Assembly: GCA_963695345.1 (NCBI GenBank)
Contig: OY968769.1
Span: 1,536,001 to 1,600,000 of the forward strand
From: an uncultured Methanomassiliicoccales archaeon
Lineage (GTDB): Archaea; Thermoplasmatota; Thermoplasmata; Methanomassiliicoccales; UBA472
Reading direction: 5' to 3'
DNA length: 64,000 nucleotides
Within the stretch, counting starts at the first letter, position 1. Every line of letters begins with the position of its first letter. This document shows positions 9,877 through 19,877 of the stretch, piece by piece. The position numbers and the translations under genes were made by a program. The notes under the pieces were generated by a model. That model was not told the origin of the DNA. It did not search any database and saw only the letters and a program-made list of their open reading frames with translations.

Positions 9877-10037
9877 GAGATCTTCAAATAATACAGATCC
9901 CAAATTCAAATCCATTTCCCCCGCATGAGTGAAAGTACCGATCCGTTGGTCACAGGACATGTGTCATCGCTCTGATATGACCACCACGGTTTGGCGATAT
10001 TCAAGGCAAAAATGAATACTCCCCGTGCCATGCTCCC

Positions 10038-10724
10038 TTGGAAGTTGATGGTTTGGATGAGAATGAGATTTCCCCACTGTTCGATGGGGACGGTTTCGAC
10101 AATGTCAAGCTGGTGGTCCGACATGCCGAACGGCCGTTGTTCAAAGGTCTCAAAGCCCCGCACGATGTGAGCATCACAGAGAATGGGATGAGGCAGGCCG
10201 AGAGGCTGGGCAGGTCATTGGGGGAAAGAGGGCTCAAGATCAAGGGATGTTCCACCAGTCCGGTCCGCAGATGCATCCAGACGGCTGAGCTCATAGGGGC
10301 GGGGAACGGATATGAGGGCGATGTGGAGACATACCCTTCCCTGGGCGGGTCCGGTCTGTTCATGGATGACGGCGAAGCGCTGGACCACACATTCGATACC
10401 TACACCCTGGAGAGGATAATCGGTGATCAGCTCCAAGGCCGGAAGGTTCCCGGTATGAGGCCTTTGGAAGTTGGTCTGAGAATATTCATGGGACAGATAA
10501 TGTCCCGCCGGTCCATGGGTTTCGAGGTCTTCGTCAGCCACGACCTGTTCGTCTGCCCTGCCGCCCATTATCTTACCCAGACCGCCTATTCCGCGGCAGG
10601 CAACACTGGATTCCTGGAGGGTTTCTTCTTCGCGGAACGTGACGGACGGACCTGGATCCTATGGAGGTCCAGGGCCTATGACGTCACCGTTCGGCTCAGA
10701 ACGCTCTTTGAAAGGAATGATTGA
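10038..10724 (+). CDS. Histidine phosphatase family protein
   Basis: VRHAER, TSPVRRCIQTA, VSHD motifs. Confidence 0.85.
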   Translation: MEVDGLDENEISPLFDGDGFDNVKLVVRHAERPLFKGLKAPHDVSITENGMRQAERLGRSLGERGLKIKGCSTSPVRRCIQTAELIGAGNGYEGDVETYPSLGGSGLFMDDGEALDHTFDTYTLERIIGDQLQGRKVPGMRPLEVGLRIFMGQIMSRRSMGFEVFVSHDLFVCPAAHYLTQTAYSAAGNTGFLEGFFFAERDGRTWILWRSRAYDVTVRLRTLFERND

Positions 10725-10728
10725 GGCC

Positions 10729-12342
10729 TCAGGCGGCCTCGGTCTTCGCCCCATCCTCTTTCTTCCATTTGTTCCGGTCATAGAGCCAACCGATGGCCAG
10801 TGCCGCTATCGAGACCGGCATGGCGATGACCAGCGAGTCGATGACCTGCCAGGGCAGTCCGAGCAATGCGTCCGTGCCGGTCAGGGCCTTGCAGATCCCC
10901 AGGACGGCCGATTCCTTCTTGTGGACGAAAGCGGTCCAGAAGAACCAGGTGCTGGCTCCCATTATGAGGCTGGCCTTGGCACCGGATATCGACGGGCGCT
11001 TGGTGAACAACCCGTGGGTGAACATGGGCAGGAACGCCACCGCGCACAATCCCATGAACATCGCGGTGGCCCGGGCGATGATGTTGTCCGGCATAATGAA
11101 AGCCAACAGGATGCTTACCACTATCATTATCCCGGTCCCGGCCTTGGTGGCGTTCAGGGACGATTTGACCTGCGAGACCTTGTCGTAATTGTCCTTGACC
11201 TTGCGGTTCTTCAGATGGATCCATATGTCATGACCGGCCGCCGAACCCATGGTGTGGAATATCGAACTTAGAGTGGACATGGCCGCTGCCAGCAACGTCA
11301 GCATGAAGAGCACTACCACCAGTTCTGGCATGGCCGAATTGATGTAGAGCGGTATCACCGTGTCGAAGTTGCCGTTCGTTGCCACCTGCTGGGCTATCTT
11401 TCCCTGGGTGGTATTGAAGTAAACGTTGGTCAGGGATCCAACGGTGAATGCGACACCGGTCATCATCAGGATGAAGACGGCTCCGATGGGAACGGCGCGG
11501 TTGAGCGCCCTTCCGTCCTTGGCGGTCATGAACCGAACGACCAATTGCGGTTGGGCGAGCACCCCTATACCCACTCCCATGATGATCGTGGTCACCATGG
11601 TGTACCATATGGGCGACCCCAGGCTAGGCATGGAGGTCCACCCGGTCATTCCTTGGGACACCAGTCCTGCGGGGACCAGGCTGGACATGTTGGTGAGGGC
11701 GGTGTGCGCATGGGTTATCCCGCCCAGAGTGGCATAGGTGATTATCAGGACCGCCGACATGCCGAGCATCATCAGGAGCCCTTGGAAGGCATCGGTGTAC
11801 ATGACGCCCAGCAGACCGCCGAAGACCACGTATAGGGCGGTGATGGCGGCGAAACCGATGAGGGCCCAAGCGTAAGGTATACCAAGCGTCTGCTGTATGA
11901 ACAGAGCACCGCCGATCATGACCGCCGACGAATAAAGCGGCATGGCGATCAGGATAATGACACTGGTAGAGTATTGCAGGAACGGTGACCGGAACCTTTT
12001 CCCCAATAGGTCCGGGAAGGTGAACGCGTTCAGCCTCTTTCCGAGCCGCCTGGTCGGTTTTCCGTAGACCACGAAGGCGATCAGGACGCCGACGGCAACG
12101 GTGAGGAACGTGAGCCACATCAGGCCCATTCCGAGTTGCGCCGCCACTCCACCGAACCCGACTATGGCGGATGTGCTGATGAATGTCGCCCCGTAGGAAA
12201 GTCCGATTATCCAGGGACTGACCTCTCTGCCCGCCAGGAGGAAATGGTCCCCGCTCTTGGTCTTCTTATAGGCAAGATAGGCAAGGAACAGAGTTATTCC
12301 GATGTAGACCGCAGTGACCAGCCAGAAGACCAGTGTGTCCAT
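10729..12342 (-). CDS. Sodium:solute symporter (SSS family), copy 1
   Basis: LAGR, SYGATFISTSAIVGFGG, YTDAFQG, QPQLVVRFM, AAAMSTLSS; many TM helices. Confidence 0.92.
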   Translation of the reverse strand: MDTLVFWLVTAVYIGITLFLAYLAYKKTKSGDHFLLAGREVSPWIIGLSYGATFISTSAIVGFGGVAAQLGMGLMWLTFLTVAVGVLIAFVVYGKPTRRLGKRLNAFTFPDLLGKRFRSPFLQYSTSVIILIAMPLYSSAVMIGGALFIQQTLGIPYAWALIGFAAITALYVVFGGLLGVMYTDAFQGLLMMLGMSAVLIITYATLGGITHAHTALTNMSSLVPAGLVSQGMTGWTSMPSLGSPIWYTMVTTIIMGVGIGVLAQPQLVVRFMTAKDGRALNRAVPIGAVFILMMTGVAFTVGSLTNVYFNTTQGKIAQQVATNGNFDTVIPLYINSAMPELVVVLFMLTLLAAAMSTLSSIFHTMGSAAGHDIWIHLKNRKVKDNYDKVSQVKSSLNATKAGTGIMIVVSILLAFIMPDNIIARATAMFMGLCAVAFLPMFTHGLFTKRPSISGAKASLIMGASTWFFWTAFVHKKESAVLGICKALTGTDALLGLPWQVIDSLVIAMPVSIAALAIGWLYDRNKWKKEDGAKTEAA

Positions 12343-12450
12343 TTAGTCCACCTCATTCCATTTTGCCACACCGTATGCCACGCACAGCAATGTCGCCCCG
12401 ATCGCCAGAGCATATGCGAGCTGAATCTGAACGTCTTCTATTCCGAACAC
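12343..12450 (-). CDS. Symporter small accessory membrane protein (35 aa)
   Basis: GTG start, MFGIEDVQIQLAYALAIGATLLCVAYGVAKWNEVD; stop abuts the symporter ATG; paralog at 14275..14388; below the ORF-track cutoff. Confidence 0.85.
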   Translation of the reverse strand: MFGIEDVQIQLAYALAIGATLLCVAYGVAKWNEVD

Positions 12451-12557
12451 TGAAATTCCCCCCATGAGCTGGATGGCATGGACACCAAGCCACCCCTCTC
12501 AATCCTCCTTAAGGCGCGCGTTACGCCCCTCAAACTCAATTGATTGAGATTATTTAA

Positions 12558-12586
12558 ATGTTACATGCTAGAACGGAACATGATAC
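12558..12586. promoter_or_regulatory. ATGYTACATG motif (two CATG cores 15 bp apart) adjoining the TATA box of symporter 1
   Basis: ATGTTACATGCTA next to TATTTAAA; the motif recurs at 14503, 15969 and 17901. Confidence 0.55.
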
Positions 12587-12599
12587 TCCTTAGCAGGCG

Positions 12600-12630
12600 T
12601 AAAAATAAGACGGCCGCCCCTTTCGGGGCG
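12600..12630 (-). terminator. Hairpin plus T-tract after symporter 2
   Basis: CGCCCC-TTTC-GGGGCG followed on the minus strand by TTATTTTT. Confidence 0.5.
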
Positions 12631-12637
12631 AAATGGT

Positions 12638-14273
12638 TTATGCCAGTTCCGGCAGCAGATTGTTCCTTCTCTTATCGATGTACCATCCTATGAACAGCGC
12701 CAAGATCGACAGTGGTATGGCGATGACCAGGGAATCGACTACGGTCCATGGGGTGCCGACCAGGAGGGAGTCCTTGCCGAACAATGCCTTGCAGATCCCC
12801 AACGGCTGCGATTCCTTTGTGTGGACGAACGCGGTCCACGCGAACCAGGTGACCGCACCGACCAGCAAGCTCGACTTGGCCGCCAGCAGAGACACCTTCT
12901 TGGAGAACAATGCGTGGGTGAACAGCGGCAGGAACGCCGCGGCGCACAGACCCATGAACATTGCCGTTGCCCTGGCGATAATGCTTGGTGGCATAAGGAA
13001 CGCAAGACCTACGCTGGCCAAGATCATTATGCCCGCCCCGATCTTATTGGCTCTCAGGGATGAACACTTCTCTAGCTCGCAGCGCTGGCCCTTTGGCATC
13101 AGACGTGAGGTCTTGAAGTGCCTCCAGACATCGTGACCGGCCGCCGAGCCCATGGTGTGGAATATCGAGCTGAGGGTGGACATGGCCGCTGCCAGCAAGG
13201 TCAACATGAACAGAATGATGACTATGTCCGGCATGGCCTGGTTGATGTACAGCGGCATGATCTTGTCCGTGTTCAAAGCCCCGCCGTACGCGGCCACCTC
13301 TGCCGCCGTGGCGGTCGTTCCGTTTTGGTTCCAGAAGTAAACGTTGGTCAAGGCTCCTACCGTGTAAGCGACGCCGGTCGTGAGCAGGATGAAGACCGCC
13401 CCGATTGGAATTGCCCGGTTCAGCGCCTTAGAGTCCTTGGCCGTCATGAAGCGGACGATCAGCTGTGGTTGTGCCAGCACTCCCACTCCGACACCCATTA
13501 TGATGGTGGTGACCATGGTCAGCCAAATGGTCGAACCCAGGTCCGGCATGGCGGTCCATCCCGCCCATCCTCCGCCTCCCGGCGGAAGACCCAGCGGTGA
13601 GGCTGAATCCTTGAGGTTCGTCAATGCCGCAAACGAGCTGTCCACGCCCCCAAGCAGTGTGAAGGTGATGATCAGGATGAGGGACATGCCCACGATCATG
13701 ACTCCACCCTGGAATGCATCGGTGTACATGACCGCCAGCAGACCTCCGACCACCACGTACAATGCTGTGATCAGGGCGAATCCAAATAACGCCACATTAT
13801 AGTCGACGTTCAGCGTGACATTGATGAACTGTGAACCGCCGATCAGGACCGCCGACGAGTACAGCGGCATCGATACCAGGATCAGCACTCCCGTGGCATA
13901 TTGCATGAAATTCGAATTGTAGCGCTTTCCGATGAGGTCCGGGAACGTCATAGCCCTTAAGCTTCTGACCGAGCTTCCTGGTCGGTTTTCCGAACACCAC
14001 GAATGCTATGAGTATGCCCAAGGCAATGTTCAGGAAGACCAGCCACATCAATCCCATGCCCAATTGGGCTGCCACGCCGCCGAACCCGACGATCGCGGAC
14101 GTGGAAATGAATGTAGAACCATAGGACAAACCGATGATCCAGGGGCTGACGTTCTTGCCTGCCAGAAGGAAATCCTCAGAGCTCTTGGTCTTCTTCCAGC
14201 CATAGTAGGCAAGGAATAAGGTAATGGCCACATAGCCTGCGGTGAACACCCAGAATGTTGCGGTGTCTACCAT
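12638..14273 (-). pseudogene. Sodium:solute symporter copy 2, split by a +1 frameshift near 13955 (possibly a sequencing error)
   Basis: ORFs 13797..14273 and 12638..13951 align with copy 1; AAGGGCTATG has one extra G relative to K-A-M-T-F-P-D. Confidence 0.8.
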
Positions 14274-14274
14274 A

Positions 14275-14388
14275 CTAATCCACTTCCTTATTCCAATTCA
14301 ACCATCCATATACGACGCAAACTATCGTCACTCCGATCGCTAGCACATAAGCTAGGATTATCTGTGGGTCCTCTATCCCGAACACCAT
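14275..14388 (-). CDS. Symporter small accessory membrane protein (37 aa)
   Basis: MVFGIEDPQIILAYVLAIGVTIVCVVYGWLNWNKEVD; paralog of 12343..12450. Confidence 0.85.
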   Translation of the reverse strand: MVFGIEDPQIILAYVLAIGVTIVCVVYGWLNWNKEVD

Positions 14389-14502
14389 CGAAATCCCCCC
14401 GTTCACACTCATTCAAGGCCGTTTCCTCCGGCGGCCGAGGACCCGCGGCCGCAAGGCCGGAGTCAAACTGAGTTCTATAGGAATTGGAGTGGACGTATAT
14501 TA

Positions 14503-14533
14503 ATGTTACATGTTGTCTCGGTGCATGTTAGCA
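14503..14533. promoter_or_regulatory. ATGYTACATG motif (two CATG cores 15 bp apart) adjoining the TATA box of symporter 2
   Basis: TATATTA-ATGTTACATGTTG...GCATGTTAGCA. Confidence 0.55.
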
Positions 14534-14556
14534 CGTGACATTGATAACGTCCGGCA

Positions 14557-15858
14557 TCAATATTTGCGGTTGTCGATGACGCGCTTTGCCTTCCCTTCGA
14601 ACCGGGGCAGCGATCCAGGCTCGACCAGTTCGATGCAGGCGTTGACCATGAGGGTGGTCCTCAACTTGGAGGCGATCTTGTCCCGCAGGACCTCGATCTT
14701 GGCCATGTCGTCTACGAAGCCTTCCGGCCTCAGTTCCACTTTCACGGTCATCTCGTCCAAGGCGCCGGTCCTTTCCACGATAATCTGGAATTCATTCCCC
14801 AATTGCGGCATCGACAGGAGCACGTACTCGATCTGCGAAGGGAAGACGTTGATGCCCCTGATGATCAGCATATCATCGGACCTGCCGCTGATCCTTCCGA
14901 TCCTCGGGTGCGTCCGTCCGCATGCGCAGGGCGTCTCGTCCATGGTGGTGATGTCACCGGTGCGGTAGCGGATGATGGGCAGCGCTTCCTTCTGGAGCAT
15001 GGTGATGACCAGCTCGCCCTTCTCTCCCGGGCTGACCTTCTTGCCGGTCTTCGGGTCGAGGATCTCCACCAATGCCATGTCGGCCCATACGTGCATACCG
15101 TTCTGCTGCTCGCATTCGCACCAGAGCGGACCGGACAGCTCACTGGTGCCATAGATGTTGATGCCCTTGACCCCGAGCGAGTCGTATATGCGGTCCCTCA
15201 TACCGTCGGACCATGGTTCCGCTCCGAGCACTCCGATCCTCAGATTGGTGTCCTTCCTGATGTCGATGCCCATCCTTGCCGCCACCTCGCCCAGATGCAT
15301 CAGGTAGGACGGGGTGCAGGCGATGGCCTTGACATTCAGGGTCTTTATGAGGTCCAACTGGCGTTCGGAATTGCCGGTGCTGCTCGGGACCACCGTCGCC
15401 CCCATGCGCTCGGCGCCATAATGCAGGCCCAGCCCGCCGGTGAAAAGGCCGTAAGTATAGGCGACTTGGACCGTGTCTTCCTGAGTGATGCCGCAGGACA
15501 TCAGCCCCCGGGCGATCGACTCGGACCAGTTGTCCACGTCATGTTTGGTGTATCCGACGATGGTCGGTTTCCCGGTCGTTCCCGACGAGGCGTGGTATCG
15601 GACCAGTTCCCGATTTGAAGCGGTGAACAGCTTCTCCATCGGTATGTCCCTGAGGTCTCCCTTGACCATGAAGGGCAGCTTTTCCACGTCGTCGAGGGTC
15701 TTGATGTCATCGGGAGAGACATGGGCCGCGTCCATCCTCTCTCGGTAGAACGGCGAAAAACTGTACAGCCTGTAGACCAGTGACTTCAGGAGCTTCAGCT
15801 GCAGGCCGTGAAGCTCGTCTCCCGGCATCATTTCGACCCTTGGGTTCCAGCACGTCAT
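14557..15858 (-). CDS. paaK: Phenylacetate-CoA ligase family protein 1
   Basis: HASSGTTGKP, YGLFTGGLG.HY, YGTSE..GP, RYRTGD, GINVFPSQIE, GKAKRV.D. Confidence 0.9.
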   Translation of the reverse strand: MTCWNPRVEMMPGDELHGLQLKLLKSLVYRLYSFSPFYRERMDAAHVSPDDIKTLDDVEKLPFMVKGDLRDIPMEKLFTASNRELVRYHASSGTTGKPTIVGYTKHDVDNWSESIARGLMSCGITQEDTVQVAYTYGLFTGGLGLHYGAERMGATVVPSSTGNSERQLDLIKTLNVKAIACTPSYLMHLGEVAARMGIDIRKDTNLRIGVLGAEPWSDGMRDRIYDSLGVKGINIYGTSELSGPLWCECEQQNGMHVWADMALVEILDPKTGKKVSPGEKGELVITMLQKEALPIIRYRTGDITTMDETPCACGRTHPRIGRISGRSDDMLIIRGINVFPSQIEYVLLSMPQLGNEFQIIVERTGALDEMTVKVELRPEGFVDDMAKIEVLRDKIASKLRTTLMVNACIELVEPGSLPRFEGKAKRVIDNRKY

Positions 15859-15968
15859 ACCGATTCCTCTCCGCACACACCGAAATCAGGTCCGTTGGGC
15901 ACGCTTCCGCCCGTCGGCCGGCATAACCAGCACAGCCTCCGCCTGACCTCGGATAGGACAGTGTCAGG

Positions 15969-15990
15969 TGATATCATGTAGCATATATGA
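15969..15990. promoter_or_regulatory. Motif plus TATA-like element upstream of paaK1
   Basis: TGATATCATGTAGCATATAT, nearly identical to 17901..17920. Confidence 0.55.
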
Positions 15991-16034
15991 TTCTTTCAGG
16001 GAAGTAACGAAAAGAATGGAAATGATGTCGTCCT

Positions 16035-16475
16035 TCATTTGAAGGACGATGCATCCAGCAGCTTGGCGCCGCTCGCTTTTATGGTGCTGATCGCCCGGTC
16101 GATGTCCTCGACCCGGATGACCAGGATCGCTCCCGGCTCGTTGCGGTAGGCGTAGGCGTATTCGATGTTTATGCCTGCCTCCTTGAGCACCTTGGTAAGT
16201 TCGAACAGGCCTCCAGGTTTGTCCGCCATGTGGATCGCGATGACGTCGGTGTAACGTACTACGAAACCGTGCTCCTGCAGTCTTCTCAGCGCTTTCTCCG
16301 GGTCGGAGACGAATGCCCGGATAACGCCGTAACCGGCACCCTCGGCGATGCTGAACGCCAAGATGTTGATGTTCTCCTCGCCCATCGCCTTGCTGAAGTC
16401 CATGAGCCGGCCTGGCCTGTTCTCAGAGAATATCGAGAGCTGTTTGATCTTGTACATGTCCAAATCGTCCGCCAT
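16035..16475 (-). CDS. ACT-domain protein (two ACT repeats)
   Basis: QLSIFSENRPGRL, DKPGGL, INIEYAYA; coupled to paaK2. Confidence 0.88.
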   Translation of the reverse strand: MADDLDMYKIKQLSIFSENRPGRLMDFSKAMGEENINILAFSIAEGAGYGVIRAFVSDPEKALRRLQEHGFVVRYTDVIAIHMADKPGGLFELTKVLKEAGINIEYAYAYRNEPGAILVIRVEDIDRAISTIKASGAKLLDASSFK

Positions 16476-17776
16476 CAGATCTCCCTCCTGTCAATGACCC
16501 TTTTCGCTTTGCCTTCGAACCGGGGCAGGGTCCCTGGCCCCACAAGTTCGATCACCGGGTTGACGTTCAGAAGCGACCGCAGCTTGTGAGCGATGCGCTC
16601 CCGGATGCAGTTCAGTTCCAGGATATTGTCGGTGAATGCCTCCGGTTTCAACTCCACCCGGACCATCATCGTGTCCAGGGCGCCCTTGCGCTCGACCACG
16701 ATCTGGAACTCGTTCCCTACCTCCGGGTTAGTGTTGAGCGAATATTCGACCTGGGATGGGAACACATTGATTCCCCGGATAATGAGCATATCGTCCACCC
16801 GGCCGGTTATGCGGGTGATCCGGGGGTGCACGCGGCCGCAGGCGCAGACCTCGTCATCCATGACCGTCAGGTCGCCGATGCGGTACCGGATCAGGGGGAA
16901 GGCCTCCTTCTGCAGCATGGTCAGGACCATCTCCCCTCTCTCCCCGGCGCCTACCGGTTCGCCGGTCTTCGGGTCGACTATCTCCAGAAGGGCCATATCT
17001 CCCCAGAAGTGGATGCCCTGCTGATGCTCGCACTCGCTGAAAAGCGGTCCTGAGAGCTCGCTCGCGCCGAAGCAGTTGATGCCCTTGACCCCCAATGAAT
17101 CGTAGATCTTGTCCCTCATCTTGTCCGACCAGGGCTCAGCACCAAGCAGACCGTACCGCAGCTTGGTGTCGTTCTTCAGGCTGACCCCCATCTTGTCCGC
17201 GACCTCGCCGACATGGATCATGTAGGAGGGAGTGCAGGCCATCGCGGTGACGCCTAAATCCTGTATGAGCTCAACCTGTCTCTCGGTGTTGCCGGTACTG
17301 GCCGGAACGACCGCCGCTCCGATGCGCTCGGCGGCGTAATGAAATCCCAGCCCTCCGGTGAAAAGGCCGTAGGTATTGGCCACCTGGACCACGTCGTGCT
17401 TTCCCAGTCCGGCAGAGGTGATCGACCGAGCCAGCGATTCCGACCAATTATCGATGTCGTTGCGGGTGTAGCCGACCACGGTCGGCTTTCCGGTCGTTCC
17501 TGAAGATGCGTGATAGCGGACGATATCCTCCTTCGGGGCGATGAATATCTTGTCCGGGTAGTTCTCGCGGTAGTCCTTCTTGGACATGAATGGGAGCTTG
17601 GCAGCGTCCTCCAGCGACCTGATGTCGTCGGGCGTCACACCCTGACTCTCCATCCGGGTGCGGTAGAAACGGGACTGGTCGTAGAGCTTGTTCACCAGGT
17701 TCTTGAGAAGCTTGTACTGCAGGCTTTTCAATTCGCCTTTTGGCATCATCTCGATCTTAGGGTTCCAACATCCCAC
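16475..17776 (-). CDS. paaK: Phenylacetate-CoA ligase family protein 2
   Basis: Same motifs as the first paralog; GTG at 17776 aligns with the paralog start (ORF extends to 17842). Confidence 0.9.
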   Translation of the reverse strand: MGCWNPKIEMMPKGELKSLQYKLLKNLVNKLYDQSRFYRTRMESQGVTPDDIRSLEDAAKLPFMSKKDYRENYPDKIFIAPKEDIVRYHASSGTTGKPTVVGYTRNDIDNWSESLARSITSAGLGKHDVVQVANTYGLFTGGLGFHYAAERIGAAVVPASTGNTERQVELIQDLGVTAMACTPSYMIHVGEVADKMGVSLKNDTKLRYGLLGAEPWSDKMRDKIYDSLGVKGINCFGASELSGPLFSECEHQQGIHFWGDMALLEIVDPKTGEPVGAGERGEMVLTMLQKEAFPLIRYRIGDLTVMDDEVCACGRVHPRITRITGRVDDMLIIRGINVFPSQVEYSLNTNPEVGNEFQIVVERKGALDTMMVRVELKPEAFTDNILELNCIRERIAHKLRSLLNVNPVIELVGPGTLPRFEGKAKRVIDRREI

Positions 17777-17900
17777 GAAACCATCCTCCCGGTTCCCATT
17801 ACGTGAGCACGTGAGGAATCGCATCGCCAGGATGCCTCCCACCCAGGGTCAATCCGTCATAATGACAAACATGAGGGCTGACCCGACTCACTATGCAGGG

Positions 17901-17920
17901 TGATAGCATGTAGCATATAT
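17901..17920. promoter_or_regulatory. Motif plus TATA-like element upstream of paaK2
   Basis: TGATAGCATGTAGCATATAT. Confidence 0.55.
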
Positions 17921-17999
17921 CATTTTTCTGAGATTGTCCAATGGTGACCGTTCCTGCAATACCAGACGCTAAATATTGCTTAACATCCATCCTGCGTTG

Positions 18000-18782
18000 A
18001 TGCCCGAGCTGCCTGAGGTTGAGCACGCGAGGCGATATTTGGAGGCGAACGTCCTTAACCGCCGCATCGGGGCGGTCGAGATATTGGATGACAAGGTTCT
18101 CCGGGGCATCGATGCCGCTAGGTTCGGGCAGAGCGTCATCGGCCGGACGATCACCACTGCCGGGCGACGGGGGAAGCAGATGTTCATCGGTCTCGATGAC
18201 GCTTCTTTTCTGACCATCCATCTGGGCATGACCGGGAGCTTGGAGGTCAACGAACTAGGTGTGCCTCCCGACTATGCCAGGATCGCTTTTCACCTTGACG
18301 GTGGGATGCACCTCTATTACTCCGACCAGCGTAAGTTCGGGGCGCTGGGGATCGTTGGTTCGGTCGACAGTTTCGTGACCGAGCACCGGTTGGGGCCGGA
18401 CGCTCTCTGCCTAGGACTTTCTGATTTCATCGAACGGGTCTCCACGCACAAGAAGTCAATAAAATCTGTCCTGCTGGACCAAAGCGTGATCTCGGGCATC
18501 GGAAACCTGTATGCCGATGAGGTGCTGTTCCAGGCTCGCCTGCATCCTTCGACGAGGGCGGATTCGATCTCGCGCCGCAAGTTGGGCGAGTTGCATCGCC
18601 ATATCGGGACCGTACTCAGGCAATCAATCGCTGTCTCCACCGATTTCTCCGCACTTCCAGACCGGTACATGCTGAAGGTTCGGGCGGAAGGTGTTGTCTG
18701 CCCCAGGGGCAACGGTCGGATGGCGATGATCAAGGTTGGAGGGCGTACCACAATCTTCTGCCCCGCCTGCCAAAGGCTGTGA
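18000..18782 (+). CDS. mutM: Formamidopyrimidine-DNA glycosylase (Fpg/Nei family)
   Basis: N-terminal MPELPEVE, HLGMTG, GIGNLYADE, C-terminal zinc finger FCPACQ. Confidence 0.93.
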   Translation: MPELPEVEHARRYLEANVLNRRIGAVEILDDKVLRGIDAARFGQSVIGRTITTAGRRGKQMFIGLDDASFLTIHLGMTGSLEVNELGVPPDYARIAFHLDGGMHLYYSDQRKFGALGIVGSVDSFVTEHRLGPDALCLGLSDFIERVSTHKKSIKSVLLDQSVISGIGNLYADEVLFQARLHPSTRADSISRRKLGELHRHIGTVLRQSIAVSTDFSALPDRYMLKVRAEGVVCPRGNGRMAMIKVGGRTTIFCPACQRL

Positions 18783-18909
18783 TGGATGCCAAAGGCCGCG
18801 GTCGTGATCTCAACCTCTTTCGACCTTGTCCCTGATGTTCTCTAAATCAACAAGAGTTCAACAGATACGGATTTATCGAAAGTTGCCGTTGCATCGTTGG
18901 CGAGGTCAG

Positions 18910-19473
18910 ATGCAGCTCGACAAGAAGGACCGGATCATTGTCTCCATGTATGCCAAGGACCCGGGCGTGTCCCAGGAACAGATAGCCAAGGAGGTGGACC
19001 TTTCCCAACCCTCGGTGGCGGTGCGGATCAGGAAGCTCAAGGAGAATGGAGCCATTCAAACCATGACCGGCATCAACCCACTGAAGATGGGGTTGTATAT
19101 GGCCAAGGTGGACATCGCCTCCAACAATCCCAACGTGATCCTGGACATGTTCCGGAACTGTCCCTACTTCGCCAACGGTTTCACGATATCTGGCCGCAAC
19201 AATCTGATGCTGATGTTCGTCAGTGAGAACATCGCCACGCTGGAGTCGATCGTCAACGGACACCTGCGATCCAGCAAGTTCGTCAAGGAGCTCGACTTCA
19301 ATATCATCATCAGCGCCGAGCGCGACCTGGTGTTGCCGACGGTACTGACGCCAGAACATTCCAAGACCCCTCCCTGTGGTGTCGATATCCAATGCAGGGA
19401 CTGTCGGTCCTTCACCGAGAGGAAATGCATGGGCTGCCCCATCACCGGACAATACCAAGGCTGGTTCTATTGA
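18910..19473 (+). CDS. Lrp/AsnC-family transcriptional regulator with Cys-rich C-terminus
   Basis: LDKKDR.I...SQ..IA...LSQPSV..RIRKL HTH; tail C-x5-CxxC-x7-CxxC. Confidence 0.85.
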   Translation: MQLDKKDRIIVSMYAKDPGVSQEQIAKEVDLSQPSVAVRIRKLKENGAIQTMTGINPLKMGLYMAKVDIASNNPNVILDMFRNCPYFANGFTISGRNNLMLMFVSENIATLESIVNGHLRSSKFVKELDFNIIISAERDLVLPTVLTPEHSKTPPCGVDIQCRDCRSFTERKCMGCPITGQYQGWFY

Positions 19474-19877
19474 TCGTTAGTCATTGGTCAGCCATATCTT
19501 GTCTAACTTTCATCCGTCAGGTTTCTGTAAAGCCACGGCTCCCTTAAAGTGGGCGAACATCATTAGAATTGTTTGATCGCAATGTGCCTGCGATTCCAAA
19601 GCATTCCTTTGTTGTAACCGATCAATGCCCAAGTTTAATGGGACAACGAATCAATGATGCTGTGGGTCAGAAAAACCTAGGCAAGAACGCTGAGATCCGG
19701 GTCCTTATGGTGACACAATCGGGCGTCTGTCGGTAATGAAGAAGGCGAGCCATTCCCCGCTACATGCATAATATCAAGTTCCAGTCTGTAAGGGCGCCTT
19801 TTTATGTCGATCCCTAGGTGAAATTCGCTCGATTCAATGAATTCGACGTACTGGCTGTTACGATCATTCTCACATTT

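Noticed and set aside
15859-15968. Possible aromatic-amino-acid leader peptides upstream of the paaK genes
   Set aside because: The short ORFs in both leaders are not enriched in Phe/Tyr/Trp and are not conserved between paralogs.
19474-19877. 400-bp intergenic gap with a partial GCTACATGCATA motif match near 19759
   Set aside because: It lies between convergent genes, with no credible ORF or recognisable RNA; the match is probably chance.
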